Shown: positions 1 to 9,436 of the stretch, in pieces
Layout of the letters: each line of letters opens with the position of its first letter
Numbering within the stretch: the stretch's first letter is position 1
Translations under genes and position numbers: made by a program
The notes under the pieces: generated by a model
Database searches by the model: none
Told to the model about the DNA's origin: nothing
The model's input: only the letters and a program-made list of their open reading frames with translations
Assembly: GCF_002087085.1 (NCBI RefSeq)
Contig: NZ_MWQY01000005.1
Coordinates: forward strand, 62,001 to 126,000
Reading direction: 5' to 3'
Length of the DNA stretch: 64,000 nt

Positions 1-1
1 G

Positions 2-829
2 GGTATAGCCTACGTACCCCATGGTCCCGTCAACGAGGTGGAGCCCCATTTTTTCGCCCTCTTTGCACGGAACATGATTCCCTCCCTGCCGGACTATGTA
101 AGCTTTATCCGTTTTGATCTCCCCTGGCAGATATCTGCTGCAGAGGAGAGAAAAGGCTACCTCAAATCCCCTTTTAAAAAAGCCCCCGTTGATGTGCAGC
201 CTCCCGACACAGTGGTCCTCTCTCTGAAGGAGAGCGAGGAGGATATTCTTGCGGGAATGAAAAAGAAGACCCGCTACAATATACGGCTGGCGGGCAAAAA
301 AGGGGTTTCCGTTCGCAGCGGCAGCATAAAGGACCTGGAAACCTGGTACGACATCTATCGGGAGACCGCCGGGCGGGACGGCATCAGCATCCACTCCCTG
401 GACTATTACCGCAGGGTTTTCCAGGAAGGACTGAAACGCAAGAACCCCTCTGTTCGTCTTCTTCTAGCGGAGCTTGAGGGGGAGGTTATCGCCGGGAACA
501 TCGTTGTTCTCCATGGAAAATCATCCACCTACCTCTACGGCGCCTCCCGGTCGGTACACAGGAACTGCATGCCCACCTATCTGCTGCAGTGGGAAGCGAT
601 CCGCCTTGCAAAACAGCACGGCTGTGAAAGCTACGATCTCTATGGAATCCCGCCCTATGAAGACGAGGACCATCCCATGAGCGGGCTCTACCGGTTTAAA
701 ACGGGATTCGGCGGCCGGATAATAAACCGTGCGGGCTGCTGGGATTTTCCCGTTCGCCCGGGCGCCTATACACTCTACCGAGCAGCGGAGAAGGCCAGAA
801 ACTTCTACTATAAACGTCTTCGCCGCTGA
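2..829 (+). CDS. FemAB/FemX-family lipid II aminoacyl (glycyl) transferase, 5'-truncated by the window edge
   Basis: Frame is open from base 2 (GIAYVPHGP, the YxPxGP motif). Also KKKTRYNIRLA, YLYGAS, YLLQWEAI, YDLYGI and GLYRFKTGFGG. Confidence 0.88.
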   Translation, partial: GIAYVPHGPVNEVEPHFFALFARNMIPSLPDYVSFIRFDLPWQISAAEERKGYLKSPFKKAPVDVQPPDTVVLSLKESEEDILAGMKKKTRYNIRLAGKKGVSVRSGSIKDLETWYDIYRETAGRDGISIHSLDYYRRVFQEGLKRKNPSVRLLLAELEGEVIAGNIVVLHGKSSTYLYGASRSVHRNCMPTYLLQWEAIRLAKQHGCESYDLYGIPPYEDEDHPMSGLYRFKTGFGGRIINRAGCWDFPVRPGAYTLYRAAEKARNFYYKRLRR

Positions 830-2248
830 TCAGAGTCCGCCCGTCCCGGCAAGACTGCGGACATAGTCCCTGAAAAGGTCTCCCCGGTGAAACTCGTTTC
901 TGAACATCCCGAAGGAAGCGCATCCCGGCGAAAGCAGTACCACATCCCCCGGACGGGCCTCTGCCCGCACCTGCATAAGGGCTTCCTCCAGGGATTCAAA
1001 GGGTCCCCGATGCCTGATACCGGCTTCTTCCGCCGCAGCTTCAAAACGGGGCGTTGCGTTTCCTTTCAATAAATAAAGCCCCGCCACCCTGCGCAGGGCA
1101 TCGGAAAAGCCGGTAAAATCCAGTTCCTTGTCCGTACCTCCGGCAATCAGCCGTACGGGAGCATCAAAGCTGGCAATTGCAGCAGCCGCAGCCTCAGGGA
1201 TTGTGGCGGCGCTGTCGTTTACATACAGTACGCCGTCGATTCGGGCCACCTCTTCCAGACGGTGGGGAATGCCGTGAAAATCCGCAAGTCCGGACTTGAT
1301 GGTTTCCACCGGAACCCCGGAGGATGCGAGCATTACCGCTGCGGCCAGCAGGTTGAGCCGGTTGTGAGCGCCGGGAACTGCAAGAGTTTCCGGCAGGATT
1401 TCCACTTCCTTGCCCTCCCTGCGCAGGAATCCCCTGGTCCCTTTAAGAAAACCACCCTCCAGCGCTGCGGGAAGTTGATTATTGGAAAAGTAGAGGACCC
1501 TGGCTCGGGACTCCCCGGCATATTTCCGTCCGTAAGGGTCGTCATAGTTGAAAACCGATACATCGTTACTGTCCTGATTGGAAAATATCAGGGCCTTGTC
1601 GGCAACATAATCCTCGAAGCTGTCATAACGGTTCTGGTGATCATGCATTATGTTGGTGATCATGCTGTACCGGGGCTTCAATACCTCCCGGGGAAGACAG
1701 TCCGCCAGCTGCCAGGAAGAGAGCTCCAGAACCACCGGTGCATCCTTCTCTTTGAGGCTGCCGTTTATCATATCCCTGAGCAGGAAATTCAGGGGACTGA
1801 TGGTGATGTTTCCTCCCAGGTCGGTTTCGCTTTTGATTGTCGACAGAACATGGTGCACCGCGCTGGCCGTAGTAGACTTACCCTTGGTCCCGGTTATGGC
1901 GAAGACTTCGCGGCCGCTGAGGCCCAGGAAAACAGCGATATCGCTGCTCACGTGGTGTGCGGCCTTCAGGTATTCCGAACCCGAGGGTACCGCCGGGTTC
2001 TTTATGACCAGATCGGCTCCGGAAAAGTCCTCCAGGCGATGTTCTCCCAGGCGATATTCGATTTCCAGGTTCTTCAGGTCGCTCAGGGAAGCGGAAAGTT
2101 CCTCGGAACTTCTCAGGTCGGTGACCAGCACCCGCGCTCCAAGGCTGGCGAAAAAACGGGCGGCTGCGGCACCGCCGCCGTGGAGTCCCAGACCCATAAC
2201 GGTTATCCTCATGCCGGGAATATCTTCAAGTTGCAGATTCAAGCACAA
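830..2248 (-). CDS. murD: UDP-N-acetylmuramoyl-L-alanine--D-glutamate ligase
   Basis: GLGLHGGG N-terminus, ITGTKGKSTT P-loop, GGNI, VLELSSWQL, HRLE, NDSAAT, LLSPGCASF. Start may be TTG at 2242. Confidence 0.93.
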   Translation of the reverse strand: MCLNLQLEDIPGMRITVMGLGLHGGGAAAARFFASLGARVLVTDLRSSEELSASLSDLKNLEIEYRLGEHRLEDFSGADLVIKNPAVPSGSEYLKAAHHVSSDIAVFLGLSGREVFAITGTKGKSTTASAVHHVLSTIKSETDLGGNITISPLNFLLRDMINGSLKEKDAPVVLELSSWQLADCLPREVLKPRYSMITNIMHDHQNRYDSFEDYVADKALIFSNQDSNDVSVFNYDDPYGRKYAGESRARVLYFSNNQLPAALEGGFLKGTRGFLRREGKEVEILPETLAVPGAHNRLNLLAAAVMLASSGVPVETIKSGLADFHGIPHRLEEVARIDGVLYVNDSAATIPEAAAAAIASFDAPVRLIAGGTDKELDFTGFSDALRRVAGLYLLKGNATPRFEAAAEEAGIRHRGPFESLEEALMQVRAEARPGDVVLLSPGCASFGMFRNEFHRGDLFRDYVRSLAGTGGL

Positions 2249-3188
2249 ACTCCTTCATGTCGTGTTCATTCAGATAGCGTTTAAAACGGATCTCCTTCCA
2301 TAGGCCGTTCCAGACAGGCGGTATCCGTTCTTTCAGGGAGGTGAAAATCGGAAGCTCCGGACTGAAGGACTCTTTTTTCAGATGATTCTGTATCTCTTCT
2401 ATCTCCGGCTCTATAAACTCGAGAGCCCTCTTCAGGCGGGGGACCCCCCGGCGTCGTCCTTCAGGATCGGGATCCAGAAGGGCATGACAGAGGGAACGGT
2501 ATTTACAGGTAAAAGGGTAGTAGGGGTAAAGGCTGGTCTCCCGGGGAATGAACAGACGGGAAAAGAACTTCGTCAATTCATGATCGATCCATATGCCCTG
2601 GACAAAATAGCCCCTGCCGGTTTCTCCTATCCAGGTCTGGGAGATAATCTGTCTGACAATAAAACCGGTGACCCTTCGTTCGTCCAGGAGTATTTCATCC
2701 AGGGGGATCAGATCACAGTCCAGATAGATATTCCGGGTACGGTAACGAGGGGTACGGTCATTGCCGCCATGATCGATCATTTCGCCGTCATGAGTCCGAA
2801 AGCTCAGGTCCAGTCGTCCAAGATACAGAAATGAGAGCTTGTTGAGGCGGAAAACCTGAAAAAAACAGGGACGAAGGACTTCTGAGGCATCAAAATAGTA
2901 GCTGGTCTCATGGAAAAACCCGGGAATAAGGGGAAGCAATGCTTCAATTACCTGCCGTACAGGCGCAAGGTACTCCTCTTTCGGGGTGCTGCGGCGAATG
3001 TCATGATGGATGGGAATTCCTGGAACCTCGATTTCTTCGGGCAATTTAAGAAAAAATTCCTCGTTCTGGTTGAAATGCTGAGGCAGCACAAGGCTTTCGG
3101 ATGATAAGGAACGGATCATTTCGTTGATCCGGGAATCAGTATACCGGACCGGTATTGTATTGACGGTGGTATCCACTGTGCACATCAT
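2226..3188 (-). CDS. Hypothetical protein overlapping the murD start
   Basis: Long ORF (track 2226..3284) with ATG at 3188 as the more likely start. No motif recognised. Confidence 0.7.
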   Translation of the reverse strand: MMCTVDTTVNTIPVRYTDSRINEMIRSLSSESLVLPQHFNQNEEFFLKLPEEIEVPGIPIHHDIRRSTPKEEYLAPVRQVIEALLPLIPGFFHETSYYFDASEVLRPCFFQVFRLNKLSFLYLGRLDLSFRTHDGEMIDHGGNDRTPRYRTRNIYLDCDLIPLDEILLDERRVTGFIVRQIISQTWIGETGRGYFVQGIWIDHELTKFFSRLFIPRETSLYPYYPFTCKYRSLCHALLDPDPEGRRRGVPRLKRALEFIEPEIEEIQNHLKKESFSPELPIFTSLKERIPPVWNGLWKEIRFKRYLNEHDMKEFVLESAT

Positions 3189-3248
3189 ACTGACATCCCG
3201 GGCGAAATTCAACAACAATAACAATTCCGGTAAAGCCTTCGGGGGGCC

Positions 3249-3278
3249 TTGACTTTGGCGTCGAATACCCTGCATACT
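3249..3278 (+). promoter_or_regulatory. Possible sigma70 promoter for the small ribosomal protein gene
   Basis: TTGACT-N18-CATACT. Confidence 0.35.
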
Positions 3279-3381
3279 CCTCATAACTTGTTTAGTATCT
3301 TAGGATTATGTATTGCATGATTCTCGAATGAGCGGGAATCCGGATACAAACCCAAACTAAAAGAGAAAGGAGCCGGTTGCT

Positions 3382-3471
3382 GTGCCTTGCGGACGAAAAA
3401 GAAAGCGACATAAGATTGCGACCCATAAGCGGAAAAAAAAGCTTCGGAAGAACCGACACAAGAAGAAATAA
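3382..3471 (+). CDS. Small ribosomal protein bS22/mS38-like (AURKAIP1/COX24, DUF1713 family), 29 aa
   Basis: Hand translation GTG..TAA gives MPCGRKRKRHKIATHKRKKKLRKNRHKKK. AAGGAG RBS at 3367-3372. Below the ORF-track size cutoff. Confidence 0.88.
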   Translation: MPCGRKRKRHKIATHKRKKKLRKNRHKKK

Positions 3472-3483
3472 CAAGGTTGACAA

Positions 3484-3514
3484 GGGATTGGCCGTCCGCA
3501 GGGATGCCAATCCC
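3484..3514 (+). terminator. GC-rich stem-loop after the bS22-like gene
   Basis: GGGATTGGC...GCCAATCCC inverted repeat with an inner GTCC/GGAT stem. No U-tract. Confidence 0.5.
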
Positions 3515-3536
3515 CGAACCTTGATGGTTCTCCCAT

Positions 3537-4316
3537 ATGAGACGTTTGACAGCCCTTCTATCAGCATTAATCCTTTGTACTGCCTTACTTGGTGCTGATA
3601 GTCTTGTACCCCCCGATTTCCCCGGCTATCTGAGCGCCGCCGGATCTCTGCAGGTTGGAGATCTGGTGGGGGTAAGAATAGATTCTGAAACTTCCATGAC
3701 CTATACCTCATCTTTCAGCACCGCCGGAAGCGTTTCTCTTACCTTTACAGGAGGCGAGGGAGATGGACTTTTCAATTTTCTTCCTTCCGGCTCCAGTCAA
3801 AACCAGTCCACCGCAGACGGCGAAGAGGAAAGCATTCTGTCTACCCGGCTGGGGGCGCGTATTGTGCAGACCGGACCTTCCGGTGCCGTTTTCCTGCGGG
3901 GCAGCAGAGAAACGCGGATAGACCGGGCAGTTCAGCGTGTGGAAATAGAGGGCTGGGCAAATATTCGTGACCTGGACGAGGATGCTACAGTCGACTTCGA
4001 TAAGCTGGCCGATTCGGTTCTGGTTTTCTCCAGTTTTATCCGCGGAGATGAACAGGTTATTACTGATACAGACCTTCAACGCCCGGAAGAGGCACAGGCT
4101 CCACCGGAAGAAGAAGCGGCGGCAGGGCAGGAGCTTCCACTGCTGCCGGAAGGCGAAGAGGTGCCGGAAGCCCTGAACGAAATACCTGCAGAAAATTTAC
4201 CTGTGGAGACGCAGCAGACAGGAAGTGCGTATACCTTGTCCGAAGATACCCGCCGGAGACTGCTTCTTGAATATATAAATAATATGATATATCTGTTGTT
4301 TTCTCCTGCAGAATAG
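3537..4316 (+). CDS. FlgH (flagellar L-ring) family-like exported protein
   Basis: Signal peptide, VGDLVGVRIDSET, and LGARIVQTGPSGAVFLRGSRETRIDRAVQRVEIEGW...KLADS resemble the FlgH core. Acidic C-terminal linker. Confidence 0.62.
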   Translation: MRRLTALLSALILCTALLGADSLVPPDFPGYLSAAGSLQVGDLVGVRIDSETSMTYTSSFSTAGSVSLTFTGGEGDGLFNFLPSGSSQNQSTADGEEESILSTRLGARIVQTGPSGAVFLRGSRETRIDRAVQRVEIEGWANIRDLDEDATVDFDKLADSVLVFSSFIRGDEQVITDTDLQRPEEAQAPPEEEAAAGQELPLLPEGEEVPEALNEIPAENLPVETQQTGSAYTLSEDTRRRLLLEYINNMIYLLFSPAE

Positions 4317-4349
4317 CAGTATCTTACAAAGTATGACTGGAGAAGCTGT

Positions 4350-6290
4350 ATGGATGATTCCCTGTTAAATACAATAAACGGTCCTGAAGATCTTCGTAAG
4401 CTGGAAAAGAACAGTCTCCCCCGGCTTGCCCAGGAGATACGGGAACGCATTATAAGCGTTGTAAGCAGAAACGGCGGACATCTGGCCAGTAACCTTGGGG
4501 CTGTTGAGTTGAGCATGGCCCTGCACCTGGTTTTTGAATCACCGAAGGACAAGCTGATCTGGGATGTGGGACACCAGTGTTATACACACAAGCTCCTGAC
4601 CGGCCGAAACAAAAGTTTTGACGGTATCCGTAAAAAAGACGGTATAAGCGGATTTCCAAAAAACAGCGAGAGTCGCCACGATATCGTGGAAACCGGGCAT
4701 GCATCGACTTCCATCTCCGAGGCCCTGGGGGTTCTGACCGGTCAGGAAGTGGCAGGAGCTGACGGGGCAGTGGTCGCGGTAATAGGCGATGGTGCAATGA
4801 CCGGAGGCATGGCCTTCGAGGCTTTGAATCATGCCGGCCATCTGAAAAAACAGCTGATAGTCGTACTGAACGACAACACCATGTCCATCAGCAAGAACGT
4901 CGGCGCCCTTACGGTCAGCGGTAAATGGCTTTTATCCAGTTATTTGAGCCGGCTCTTCGCTTCCAAGAGGTATCAGAGGCTGCGAGAAAAGTTTGACCAG
5001 GGAATAAAGGGACTTCCCCTTATCGGTATGAAGCTCTTTGATCTCAGTGTACGCATACGGAAGGGTTTCAAGGCGGTTCTCTATAAAGAGAGTATTTTTT
5101 CGGATCTCGGTTTTGAATACGTCGGACCCATCGACGGTCACAGCATAACAAAGCTGAAAGAGGTTTTTGAAGAGGTCAAAAAGATCGGCCGGCCGACGGT
5201 TGTCCATGTGGTAACCCAGAAGGGCAGAGGATACGAGCATGCCGAGGGTAACCCGACGCTTTTCCACGGGATTGCCCCCTTTACCGTCGAAGACGGAAAG
5301 CTGACCGAGAGGGCTTCCTACTCCTTCACAGCGGCTTTTTCCGACAGCATCCTGCGGAACGCCGAATCCGACAAGCGAATCACGGCTATAACTGCAGCCA
5401 TGTCCAAGGGAACAGGTCTGCATGCCTTCCAGGAGCGCTTTCCTGATCGATTCTTTGATGTGGGAATTGCAGAGGAGCACGCAGTAGCTTTCGCGGCTGG
5501 ACAGGCACGCTCCGGATGCCGTCCGGTTGTGGCCATCTATTCCACCTTTATGCAGCGCACCGTGGACCAGGTTATTCACGACATCGCCCTTCCCGGCCTT
5601 CCGGTCGTCATTGCCATGGACAGGGCAGGACTGGTCGGAGATGACGGTGAAACCCATCAGGGTATTTACGATATCGCCCTCTTCAAGGCTGTTCCCAATA
5701 TGACGATCCTCGCTCCAGGCTGCAGGCAGGAGATGGCAGCCGCCATGGATTATGCTTTCAGACTGAACAGCCCCTGCATGCTCCGCTATCCCAAGGGAAG
5801 CGCCCTGGGATGGGAGGATCTTGCCGATCCCTGGGAGACCGGCAGAGGGAAGCTCATAAGTGAAGGACCATCCAATACTCTGCTGATAAGTCCCGGCAGT
5901 CTTCTGAAGGAGGCCCGTTCCGCCACGGCAGGACTTCGGGAAGAGGGAATCTACTGTGACATATACAATCTTCGCTTTATCAAGCCCCTGGACGAGGATT
6001 ATCTTGCAGAGCTGCTTGATTCCTATTCCAACGTAATATGTATCGAAGATGCAGCCCGCATCGGCGGTATCGGTGAGACCCTGGCTTCCATCGTTCAGCA
6101 GCGCCAGCTGAACTGCGGTTTCGCATATTACGGTCTTCCGGATACCTTCTATGCCCAGGGGACCCGGGAGGAGCTGCTCGCGGAGTTCGGACTCGACGCG
6201 GCCGGGATAATCGGCCATATAAGAAAATCAGAAGAGTCAGAGCTCGCCCTCTACAGTTATAACCGCAAACAGAAAGCCGAGGGAGCCTGA
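4350..6290 (+). CDS. dxs: 1-deoxy-D-xylulose-5-phosphate synthase
   Basis: GGHLASNLGAVEL, WDVGHQCY, GHASTSIS, GDGAMTGGMAFEALN, DVGIAEEHA, DGETHQG. Confidence 0.97.
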   Translation: MDDSLLNTINGPEDLRKLEKNSLPRLAQEIRERIISVVSRNGGHLASNLGAVELSMALHLVFESPKDKLIWDVGHQCYTHKLLTGRNKSFDGIRKKDGISGFPKNSESRHDIVETGHASTSISEALGVLTGQEVAGADGAVVAVIGDGAMTGGMAFEALNHAGHLKKQLIVVLNDNTMSISKNVGALTVSGKWLLSSYLSRLFASKRYQRLREKFDQGIKGLPLIGMKLFDLSVRIRKGFKAVLYKESIFSDLGFEYVGPIDGHSITKLKEVFEEVKKIGRPTVVHVVTQKGRGYEHAEGNPTLFHGIAPFTVEDGKLTERASYSFTAAFSDSILRNAESDKRITAITAAMSKGTGLHAFQERFPDRFFDVGIAEEHAVAFAAGQARSGCRPVVAIYSTFMQRTVDQVIHDIALPGLPVVIAMDRAGLVGDDGETHQGIYDIALFKAVPNMTILAPGCRQEMAAAMDYAFRLNSPCMLRYPKGSALGWEDLADPWETGRGKLISEGPSNTLLISPGSLLKEARSATAGLREEGIYCDIYNLRFIKPLDEDYLAELLDSYSNVICIEDAARIGGIGETLASIVQQRQLNCGFAYYGLPDTFYAQGTREELLAEFGLDAAGIIGHIRKSEESELALYSYNRKQKAEGA

Positions 6291-6294
6291 AACG

Positions 6295-6323
6295 AAAAAA
6301 GGGGGCCGTAAGCGGCCCCCTTT
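6295..6323. terminator. Bidirectional rho-independent terminator between dxs and ilvC
   Basis: AAAAAA-GGGGGCCG-TAAG-CGGCCCCC-TTT. Confidence 0.85.
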
Positions 6324-6344
6324 GCACATTCCGTCCTCCAGGTA

Positions 6345-7814
6345 CTAATATCGCAGACTCTTCATGGAAGTCATGAATCCCCGCAGTCTGGCGCCCACGG
6401 TTTCGACGGGGTGGTTTCTGATTTCCCTGTTTACCCTGATCAGTTCTACATTGTCCACGTCGTTACTGCCGCCTTTAAAACTCTTTCCCGCAACATCGGT
6501 ATCGATTTTTTTCATGAAGTCCTGCAGCAAAGGAACGCAGTCGTTTGCAAAGAGGTAACAGCCGTACTCAGCGGTGTCGGAGATTACCTTGTTCATTTCA
6601 TACAGCTTCTTACGGCCGATAAGATTCGCGATCAGCGGTACCTCATGAAGGGATTCATAATAGGCCGATTCCGCCTTTATTCCGGAAGAGGTCATGGTTT
6701 CGAAGGCCAGCTCGACTCCGGCTTTTACCATGGCTACCATGAGGACTCCGTGGTCGAAATACTCCTGCTCGCTGATCTCCATGGTCCCGGTAGGGGCTTT
6801 TTCAAAACCCGTACTGTTGGTTTCTTCCCTCCAGCGTAGAAGGTCTTTGTCGTCGTTTTTCCAGTCCTCCATCATGGTGGAGCTGAACTTTCCGGACATT
6901 ATGTCGTCCATATGCTTCTGATAGAGAGGAGTCATAAGCTCCTTCAGCTCCTCGGAAAGTTCGAAGGCCCTGATCTTGGCGGGATTGGAGAGGCGGTCCA
7001 TCATGTTGGTTATGCCACCGTGCTTCATGGCTTCGGAAACAGTCTCCCATCCGAACTGTACAAGTTTACAGGCGTAATCTTCCTTGATGCCTTTTTCGAC
7101 CATCTTGTCAAATATAAGAATGGAACCGGTCTGGAGCATGCCGCAGAGAATGGTCTGTTCTCCCATGAGGTCGGATTTTACCTCCGCAATAAAGGAGGAC
7201 TTGAGTACCCCCGCCCGGTGTCCACCTGTACCGGCGGCATAGGCCTTGGCCAGTTCAAGCCCTTCGCCCTTCGGATCGTTTTCCGGATGAACCGCGATCA
7301 GGGTGGGAACGCCGAAACCTCGTTTGTACTCTTCCCTGACTTCTGAACCCGGGGATTTGGGGGCGACCATTATGACCGTGATATCCTCACGGATCTGTTT
7401 TCCCTCTTCCACGATATTAAAACCGTGGGAATAGAGGAGGGCAGCTCCCTTTTTCATGAGGGGCATGATGGTGTCTATAACGGCTGAGTGTTGTTTGTCA
7501 GGGGTAAGATTGGCCACAAGATCAGCCTGGGGAATCATTTCGTCATGGGTGCCTACGGCAAAACCGTTCTCCGTGGCATTGATAAAAGACTGACGTTTCC
7601 GGCTGATTGCCTCCGCCCTCAGGGCGTAGGAGACGTCAAGGCCGGAGTCGCGGAGATTGAGTCCCTGATTCAGCCCCTGGGCACCGCAGCCCACAATCAC
7701 GATCTTTTTTCCCTTCAGCTTTTCAACTCCGGAAAATTCCGCGGAGTCCATGAAGTCGCAGGTGCCCAGCTGTTCGAGCTGTCTGCGCAGGGGAAGTGAA
7801 TTAAAATAGTTCAT
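6345..7814 (-). CDS. ilvC: Ketol-acid reductoisomerase, long (class II) form
   Basis: [61 protein letters not shown]. 489 aa. Confidence 0.97.
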   Translation of the reverse strand: MNYFNSLPLRRQLEQLGTCDFMDSAEFSGVEKLKGKKIVIVGCGAQGLNQGLNLRDSGLDVSYALRAEAISRKRQSFINATENGFAVGTHDEMIPQADLVANLTPDKQHSAVIDTIMPLMKKGAALLYSHGFNIVEEGKQIREDITVIMVAPKSPGSEVREEYKRGFGVPTLIAVHPENDPKGEGLELAKAYAAGTGGHRAGVLKSSFIAEVKSDLMGEQTILCGMLQTGSILIFDKMVEKGIKEDYACKLVQFGWETVSEAMKHGGITNMMDRLSNPAKIRAFELSEELKELMTPLYQKHMDDIMSGKFSSTMMEDWKNDDKDLLRWREETNSTGFEKAPTGTMEISEQEYFDHGVLMVAMVKAGVELAFETMTSSGIKAESAYYESLHEVPLIANLIGRKKLYEMNKVISDTAEYGCYLFANDCVPLLQDFMKKIDTDVAGKSFKGGSNDVDNVELIRVNREIRNHPVETVGARLRGFMTSMKSLRY

Positions 7815-7855
7815 ATTTACTACCTTTTTCCGTTCAGAGTTTATATACGTAAACT

Positions 7856-7884
7856 AGCATAAGCGTATGCAGAGACCCTGTCAA
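7856..7884 (-). promoter_or_regulatory. sigma70 promoter of ilvC
   Basis: Minus strand TTGACA-N17-TATGCT. Confidence 0.7.
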
Positions 7885-7895
7885 TATTGAAAATA

Positions 7896-7910
7896 TTGCA
7901 AAAATAACAA
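7896..7910. promoter_or_regulatory. Candidate LysR/IlvY-type operator upstream of ilvC
   Basis: TTGCAAAAATAACAA just upstream of the -35, resembling the IlvY O1 dyad TTGCA-N5-TGCAA. Confidence 0.4.
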
Positions 7911-7978
7911 CGCAACGATGCGTAATATGCAACTAAAACTATTGCAGTATCTTGGCCACATGTGTTCTACTTTTCCCG

Positions 7979-9436
7979 ATGGAAAAGGACGATTTTCTGG
8001 TACGGGTGAGGAATGTTTCATTCATTACTCAGGAGCGGGGCGGACAGAACTTTCCCGACTGCGATATTCGCTTCGGCAGATGTACTGTGCTGTACGGACC
8101 CAACGGCAGCGGAAAAACCTGGTTCAGCAGGGTACTGGCCGGCGAGATCGAGCCGGCGGTGGGCATACGTACAGAGGCGCCGGAACTGAAGGGCAGGGTG
8201 GAGCTCGTCTCCTTTGAAACGGGCTTACGCCTCATAGAGGCTGAGAAACACCGGGATGAGAGCGATCTCAACGGCGGCGCCGCGGATCTGGGACGTCCGG
8301 TTAAGGAGTACCTTGGAACAGAAGATAGGATCCCATCCCGGTTCATGGGACTTATTCAGCGTTTTCGTATTGATACCCTGCTCAATCGGGGGCTGCGGGC
8401 CCTCTCCTCCGGGGAGCTGAGGAAGGTCCTTATTCTGCATGCTCTCATCGACGAGCCGCTGCTTCTGATTCTCGATGATCCCTTCGACGGCCTGGATATT
8501 GACGCCAGGCAGGAACTTACCGATTTTCTTGAGCACCTTCTCGACCAGTGCTCCCTTGTTATTGTAAGCGGACGGCGCCGGGAGGCTCCGGAATATACCG
8601 ACCAGTTTCTGGAACTCTCCGCACCGTCCGGGGCTGCCTGTTCCTCGTCCCCGGACTTCCGGAGGAACGAGAACAGGAAGCTCTGGGACAAGATTCGCTC
8701 CCGCAGTGGCGATAATGGGAATGAAAATAAAAACGCTACCTCCCTTCTGGAAATGAAACAGGTCAGCGTCTCCTACAGGGAAGAAGTCATACTCCGGGAT
8801 ATTAACTGGCGGGTACTCTCCGGCGAAGCTTGGAAGATCTCCGGTCCCAACGGAGCCGGTAAAACCACCCTTATGGAACTGGTCAATGGTGATAATCCCA
8901 AGGCCTACGGCCAGGAGATATACCTTTTCGGCAGGCGAAAAGGCTCCGGTGAGAGCGTCTGGGAGATCAAGAAAAGGATCGGGCATGTATCTCCCGCCCT
9001 CCATATGCGGCAGCTCATGGGGATCCCGCTTATGGACGTGGTACTCTCAGGTTTTTTCGATACCCTGGGCCTTTACGACAAAGCGAAGGATATTCAGATT
9101 GATGAGGCCCGGGAATGGTCCAGGCTGTTCGGCCTGGAGGGCTATCTGAATGCGACGATGCGGCAGGTCTCTTTCGGAATTCAGCGGGTGGCCCTGATTG
9201 TACGGGCCCTGATCAAACGACCGGAACTTCTGCTTCTGGACGAACCCTGCCACGGTCTCGACGATCATAATACCGGAATGGTACTGAATGCGGCGCAACT
9301 GATTGCCGAGCACAGGATTGCAACCCTTTTATACGTGAGCCATGATCCTGATCATCAGGTCCCCGCAATTACCCATAACCTGGTGCTGAAGACCCATGGA
9401 GAGGGCGGCTACACCGCCGAGGTCCGGGAACTCTAG
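7979..9436 (+). CDS. ModF-like ABC ATP-binding protein with two ABC domains
   Basis: Walker A motifs GPNGSGKT and GPNGAGKT, plus LFGRRKGSGESVWEIKKRIG typical of ModF. ORF is open from 7952. Confidence 0.85.
   Translation: MEKDDFLVRVRNVSFITQERGGQNFPDCDIRFGRCTVLYGPNGSGKTWFSRVLAGEIEPAVGIRTEAPELKGRVELVSFETGLRLIEAEKHRDESDLNGGAADLGRPVKEYLGTEDRIPSRFMGLIQRFRIDTLLNRGLRALSSGELRKVLILHALIDEPLLLILDDPFDGLDIDARQELTDFLEHLLDQCSLVIVSGRRREAPEYTDQFLELSAPSGAACSSSPDFRRNENRKLWDKIRSRSGDNGNENKNATSLLEMKQVSVSYREEVILRDINWRVLSGEAWKISGPNGAGKTTLMELVNGDNPKAYGQEIYLFGRRKGSGESVWEIKKRIGHVSPALHMRQLMGIPLMDVVLSGFFDTLGLYDKAKDIQIDEAREWSRLFGLEGYLNATMRQVSFGIQRVALIVRALIKRPELLLLDEPCHGLDDHNTGMVLNAAQLIAEHRIATLLYVSHDPDHQVPAITHNLVLKTHGEGGYTAEVREL

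Noticed and set aside
1262..2284. 340-aa plus-strand ORF opposite murD
   Set aside because: Antisense shadow with no motifs. The same applies to 4932..6218, 20635..21894, 39579..40556, 43520..44653 and 55250..56506.
3292..3711. Track ORFs 3292..3711(-) and 3377..3598(+)
   Set aside because: Antisense and off-frame shadows of the 29-aa bS22-like gene and the start of the flgH-like gene.
7918..8217. ORF starting MRNMQLKLLQYLG as a possible ilvY remnant
   Set aside because: Only a vague resemblance to a LysR N-terminus, no HTH signature follows, and it overlaps the ModF-like gene.
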